Assembly (NCBI GenBank): GCA_005893275.1
Contig: VBOW01000018.1
Span: 12,184-76,183 of the forward strand
Direction: 5' to 3'
Length of the DNA stretch: 64,000 nucleotides
From: Candidatus Eiseniibacteriota bacterium
GTDB taxonomy: Bacteria > Eisenbacteria > RBG-16-71-46 > SZUA-252
Of this stretch, positions 60,261-64,000 are shown piece after piece. The position numbers and the translations under genes are program-made. Each line of letters opens with the position of its first letter. Positions within the stretch are counted from its first letter, which is position 1. Below the pieces are notes generated by a model, which was not told where the DNA came from, searched no databases, and saw only the letters and a list, made by a program, of their open reading frames with translations.

Positions 60261-61213
60261 GCCCGCGGGAGGAGATTGATTTGTCGGGGGTCCGCACGAT
60301 TCCCGTCGCCGAGCGTCCCACCAAAGTGCGCGTGGAGCAGTTCGCTCCGGCGCCCGATCCGAGCGCGCCCCAAGGAGCCTTCGAGCGCTTCCTCCCCGAC
60401 CTACTCTCCGGCGCTTCTCTCCGGGCCTTGATCGCCGCCTGGGACGAAGCCAAGAAAGGCGGCCGCCCCATCCTCGGGATGTTTGGCGGGCATGTGATCA
60501 AGACGGGGGTGCAGCGTCCGCTTCTCTCCCTGATGGATGAGGGAGCGTTCTCGGCAATCGCGATGAACGGCGCGGCCGCGATCCACGATTTCGAGATCGC
60601 GATGTGGGGGAACACTTCCGAGCCCGTCGAGGAAACGCTCGGCTCGGGACGCTTCGGAATGGTGGAAGAGACGCCGGCTCTCATGAACCGGGCGGTGAAG
60701 GAGGGCTTGGACCGGGGCGAGGGGATGGGAGAAGCGCTTGGGCGCTTTCTGCTGGATTCGCGCGCCAAGAACTCCGGGCTGAGCCTCCTCGCGCGGGCCG
60801 CGGAACGGTCGCTCCCGCTTACCGTGCACGTGGCGATCGGGACCGACACCCTTCATCAGCACCCGAGCTTCGACGGGGCCAGGACCGGCCTCGCGACGCA
60901 CCGAGATTTCAAGATCCTCGCGGCCGCGATGCGCCGGCTCTCCGGCGGCGTGGTTCTGAACTTCGGCTCGGCGGTGATTCTGCCCGAGGTCTTCCTGAAG
61001 GCGCTCTCCCTCGTGCGCAACCTCGGACATGATGCCGGCGGATTCACGGCGGCGAATTTCGATCAGATTCGACATTACCGGCCCGAAAAGAACATCCTGG
61101 AGCGGCCGCTCCAGGGGGCCGGGCAGGGCCTCTCGTTCGTCGGACCGCACGAGCTCTGGATTCCGCTCTTGGCCACCCTCTACCTCGCCAGGACGAAGCG
61201 GGCGGCTCCGTGA
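60257..61213 (+). CDS. deoxyhypusine synthase-like (DHS-like NAD-binding fold) protein
   Basis: Blocks alignable to deoxyhypusine synthase (GHVIKTG...AIAMNGAAAIHD; PLTVHVAIGTD; GGVVLNFGSAV). GTGA overlap with the upstream gene. Confidence 0.45.
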   Translation: MSPREEIDLSGVRTIPVAERPTKVRVEQFAPAPDPSAPQGAFERFLPDLLSGASLRALIAAWDEAKKGGRPILGMFGGHVIKTGVQRPLLSLMDEGAFSAIAMNGAAAIHDFEIAMWGNTSEPVEETLGSGRFGMVEETPALMNRAVKEGLDRGEGMGEALGRFLLDSRAKNSGLSLLARAAERSLPLTVHVAIGTDTLHQHPSFDGARTGLATHRDFKILAAAMRRLSGGVVLNFGSAVILPEVFLKALSLVRNLGHDAGGFTAANFDQIRHYRPEKNILERPLQGAGQGLSFVGPHELWIPLLATLYLARTKRAAP

Positions 61214-61273
61214 AGGGGTGTCGCCTCCGCCGAACATGCCGGCGCTGAGCGGGGCTCCCATCCGGGCCGTTCT

Positions 61274-62287
61274 GTGAAGCGCGGGCGCCTCGCCCTCGCC
61301 ATGCTGGGCATCGGGCTCAGCGCGGCCGCGGTCTTCGTTCTCCTCCGCCAGGTCAGCCCGAAAGAGCTCGCCCGCAATATCGGCCGGGCCGACCCGGCAT
61401 GGTTTCTCGCCGCTTGCGGCCTTACGATCCTGGGCTACTGGCTGCGCGCGCAGCGTTGGGGAAGGATTCTCTCCCCCGAGGCCCGCGTCACGCAGGGGAA
61501 GCTCTTCGCGGCAACCATGGTGGGCTTTCTCGCGATCAACACGCTTCCGGCACGACTGGGCGAGCTTGTCCGCGCGTACGCCCTGGCGCGGACCGAGCGG
61601 ATCAAGGCGGGCACCGTCCTAGGCTCGGTTGTCATCGAACGGATATTCGACCTGGCCGCGCTGGGAGGGTTCTGGGCGATGTCTCTTCTGTTTGCGCCCT
61701 ATCCGGCCTGGTTTCGATGGAGCGGGTATCTGACGCTGGGCTTGAGCGTCGGCATCACGGCCGCGCTCTGGCTGCTCCACGCCGGCCACTACGCGACGAA
61801 CCCGCTTGGGTCGCGGCTCCGAGCTCTCGTTCCGGCCAGGCTCTTTGCGCCGCTGGAGCGCCCGATCGCCTCATTCACCGCCGGCCTCCGAGTCTTGGGA
61901 AGGCCTTCGACGATGGCGGGGGCCGGCCTGACCACGGCCGCGATGTGGCTCGTGAACGGGGCGGTTTTCCTCCTAGTCGGGAAAAGCATGGGGCTCGCCC
62001 TCCCGCTCTGGTCCCCGCTGCTCCTCTCCTTCGTTGTGTGCGTCGCGATCATGGTGCCCTCCTCGCCCGGATTCATAGGCGTGCTGGAAGGCTCCTGCGT
62101 CGTTGGGCTATCGCTTCTGGGGGTCGATGCCTCCCGGGCCCTGGCGTACGGGATCCTTTACCATCTGACACAAATTCTGCCGGTTGTGTTGCTTGGAGGG
62201 GCCTACGCGGTCCGTGGTCGGACCGGGTCGGGGCAAGGTCGCCCCGCCCGGGGACACCCCGAAGAGGGCTTGGAGCGAAAAAATTGA
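61274..62287 (+). CDS. UPF0104 / LPG-synthase-TM (flippase-like) integral membrane protein
   Basis: About eight predicted transmembrane helices. Family-typical N-terminus (LLRQV...W...LRAQRW). Confidence 0.6.
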   Translation: MKRGRLALAMLGIGLSAAAVFVLLRQVSPKELARNIGRADPAWFLAACGLTILGYWLRAQRWGRILSPEARVTQGKLFAATMVGFLAINTLPARLGELVRAYALARTERIKAGTVLGSVVIERIFDLAALGGFWAMSLLFAPYPAWFRWSGYLTLGLSVGITAALWLLHAGHYATNPLGSRLRALVPARLFAPLERPIASFTAGLRVLGRPSTMAGAGLTTAAMWLVNGAVFLLVGKSMGLALPLWSPLLLSFVVCVAIMVPSSPGFIGVLEGSCVVGLSLLGVDASRALAYGILYHLTQILPVVLLGGAYAVRGRTGSGQGRPARGHPEEGLERKN

Positions 62288-62339
62288 CGACAGTGACAGG
62301 CTAAAATATGGCAGGTCAAAGGGTGTAAAGCTTTTTTAG

Positions 62340-62368
62340 TTGACTCTGACGACCCCTGCTGTTATACT
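62340..62368 (+). promoter_or_regulatory. near-consensus sigma-70 promoter TTGACT-N17-TATACT in an AT-rich island
   Basis: Hexamers at 62340-62345 and 62363-62368 with a 17-nt spacer. Sits about 65 nt upstream of ATG 62434. Confidence 0.5.
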
Positions 62369-62433
62369 GTTTTAAGCAATAAATCCGCGCTCAGAGCACA
62401 CTTAGCGTTGGCGGGTCCGAGAGTGGAGGGGCG

Positions 62434-64000
62434 ATGCAGACTTCCGACCGAGGGCTACTTTCGCCTTTCGGAAGTTCACGTTCCAGCCTGATAGCGTTAA
62501 GTACACTGATCGCGGCGATTGGTTTCACGCCCTGGATGTGGGGTACCTGGGCCCCGTGGGGGCAGTTCGCATTTCGCACTCTCGGTCTCACGGCGCTTTT
62601 TGCCGTTTCGTTTGCACTTTCGAAGAGCTCGTTCGCACGCAGCGTGTGGGAGGCCAGGGTCACGCGTGCCATGCTTGCTTTCGTGATGGTCTCCGCGCTC
62701 TCGGCTGCGCTCTCGATTCACAGGGGCAAGAGTCTCGAAGCCATGCTCAACTTGCTTGCCGTCACAGGGCTCTTCCTTACGACCTCGACCCTTGTTCGGG
62801 GGGCCGGCCTCTTGCGCGGCGTCGCTCTCTTCGAAGTGTTCGCCGCGCTTCCGGTCGCCGCGCTCGGGCTCATACAGCACTTCCGTCCCGAGCTCCTTCC
62901 GGCCGGGAATTCATATCCCGGGCGCGCGCTCGGTCCCTTCGGGCAGCCGAATCGGATGGGCGGATATCTCATCGCGGCGATTCCGGTCGCGCTCGCTCTC
63001 GCAATCGCGGCGCAGGACCGCGTGCTCAAGGTGGGAATCATGGTCGCGGCGTTCGGGCTGATGTTCAGCCTCGTGGCGACTTACTCGCGGGGCGCCTGGC
63101 TCGGCCTCGCCGCCGGTCTTTTGGTGTTGGCGGCGGCGCTTGTGCGATGGCCCGAGCTCCTGCCGCGCCCCGCGGTCCTTGCTGCGTCGGTGGCGTGTGT
63201 GTCCCTGCCTGTCCTGTTTCTCCTTCCTTCCGTGATCTCCCGAATTGAGGCCAGGCCTTCGGCCACGCCTGCGTGGAATCTTCCGATCGATCCGGAGCGG
63301 GAGGGGAGCGGCGCGATGCGCCGCGCGATCTGGGCCGGGGCGCTCCGGGCGACCGCGCAGCGCCCGGTCCTCGGGTCGGGCATTGGCGCCTTCCGTGAGG
63401 CGTTCGATCGCTCCAAAGGCACGACGATGAAGCAGCTCGAGGCGGTAGGGGGGCGCACCGCCGATCAAGCCCACAACCACTACCTTGGACTTCTGGCTGA
63501 GCGTGGCGTTCTGGGTCTCGCCGCGTTCGCCATTCTGACCGCGCTCTCGCTGGGCGCGGCGGCCGCGGCCTTGGCTTCCGGGACGCCGACGATGGGACGC
63601 GTTCTGGTCGCCGGCCTGGCCGGTTCGGTGGTGGCTCTCTTGGCGCATGGGCTCGCGGATGACAACCTGTCGCTGGTGCCGCACGGGACCGTTTTGTTCG
63701 CGAACCTCGGCCTTCTTGCCGCGGCTCCGGCTTCGGCCAAGCGGGAAGCCCGGGGAACCATGTGGATGGGGCGGGCGGGGATGCTCGCGGCGTTTCTTGC
63801 GATGTCCCTATCGATCGTGAGCTTCGTTGCCGCCGGGCGCGCGCTCGCGGCCGCCGCGCGCGCCGAAGCCGGCCGCGCCGACCTGGCCGCGGCCGATTTT
63901 CGCGCGGCATCCAATCTGGCGCCCTGGCGCGACGACTTCGCGGTCGGCCACGCGGAGCAAGCCGAGGCCTGGGCCCGTCAGGGAGCGGGCTCCCTGAAGC
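62434..64000 (+). CDS. O-antigen ligase / Wzy_C-family membrane protein fused to C-terminal TPR-like region (3' partial, runs off window)
   Basis: Read manually in frame 1 with no stop through to 64000. It is absent from the ORF track because it has no stop codon. Multiple transmembrane helices. Wzy_C-like block (TYSRGAWLGLAAGLL ... QAHNHYLGLLAERGVLG). Ala-rich C-terminal repeats. Confidence 0.65.
   Translation, partial: MQTSDRGLLSPFGSSRSSLIALSTLIAAIGFTPWMWGTWAPWGQFAFRTLGLTALFAVSFALSKSSFARSVWEARVTRAMLAFVMVSALSAALSIHRGKSLEAMLNLLAVTGLFLTTSTLVRGAGLLRGVALFEVFAALPVAALGLIQHFRPELLPAGNSYPGRALGPFGQPNRMGGYLIAAIPVALALAIAAQDRVLKVGIMVAAFGLMFSLVATYSRGAWLGLAAGLLVLAAALVRWPELLPRPAVLAASVACVSLPVLFLLPSVISRIEARPSATPAWNLPIDPEREGSGAMRRAIWAGALRATAQRPVLGSGIGAFREAFDRSKGTTMKQLEAVGGRTADQAHNHYLGLLAERGVLGLAAFAILTALSLGAAAAALASGTPTMGRVLVAGLAGSVVALLAHGLADDNLSLVPHGTVLFANLGLLAAAPASAKREARGTMWMGRAGMLAAFLAMSLSIVSFVAAGRALAAAARAEAGRADLAAADFRAASNLAPWRDDFAVGHAEQAEAWARQGAGSLK

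Noticed and set aside
62538-63248. 236-aa + strand ORF
   Set aside because: It is out of frame with, and wholly inside, the O-antigen-ligase-like gene at 62434 onwards. It is a Cys/Arg/Ser-rich shadow.
1-64000. Mobile elements, prophage, integrons or a defence island
   Set aside because: No transposase, integrase, recombinase, restriction-modification, toxin-antitoxin or phage structural homologs were seen. Gene content is core housekeeping with conserved synteny.

Overview
This high-GC window is almost entirely core bacterial housekeeping DNA. About 59 of 61 predicted genes lie on the + strand, many joined by 4-nt NTGA stop/start overlaps. I found no transposases, integrases, CRISPR arrays, tRNA or rRNA genes.

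Gene order from start to end:
- A HEAT-repeat protein, a PAS histidine kinase, a sigma-54 response regulator and a CheR-type methyltransferase.
- tgt, yajC, def, fmt, rsmB, a kinase-less PASTA protein and rpe.
- galE, a split hldE (kinase and adenylyltransferase as separate genes) and a COG2403/cyclic-2,3-diphosphoglycerate-synthetase-like GTPase.
- sucCD and ndk.
- yceD, rpmF, plsX, fabH, fabD, fabG, acpP, fabF and rnc.
- A TPR protein, then an ECF sigma factor, anti-sigma factor, HtrA-like protein and lipoprotein.
- aroB, aroQ and accB, with pilT inserted between accB and accC, then a comB-like gene.
- lptF and lptG on the minus strand.
- A giant (about 1960 aa) SprA-like protein, the Type IX secretion translocon, immediately followed by an M28 glutaminyl-cyclase-like lipoprotein.
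- rimP, nusA, infB, a DUF503 gene, rbfA, nrnA, truB, ribF, rpsO and pnp.
- An M16 peptidase, dut, a DUF3108 protein, a deoxyhypusine-synthase-like protein, a flippase-like membrane protein and a 3'-truncated O-antigen-ligase/TPR fusion.

The most notable oddities:
- A four-gene HEAT / histidine kinase / sigma-54 regulator / CheR cassette with no chemoreceptor nearby.
- Two genes (tgt and possibly the hldE kinase gene) whose only plausible start is a CTG inside a CTGA overlap.
- RNase III carrying a long Arg/Gly-rich tail, followed by a nested stem-loop leader that occludes the ribosome-binding site of the next gene.
- An HtrA-like protein that appears to lack its catalytic His.
- SprA / glutaminyl-cyclase adjacency next to divergent lptFG.
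- An AT-rich island holding a near-consensus sigma-70 promoter in front of the O-antigen-ligase-like gene.

The likely organism is a high-GC member of the FCB group or Gemmatimonadota-like lineage (low confidence).
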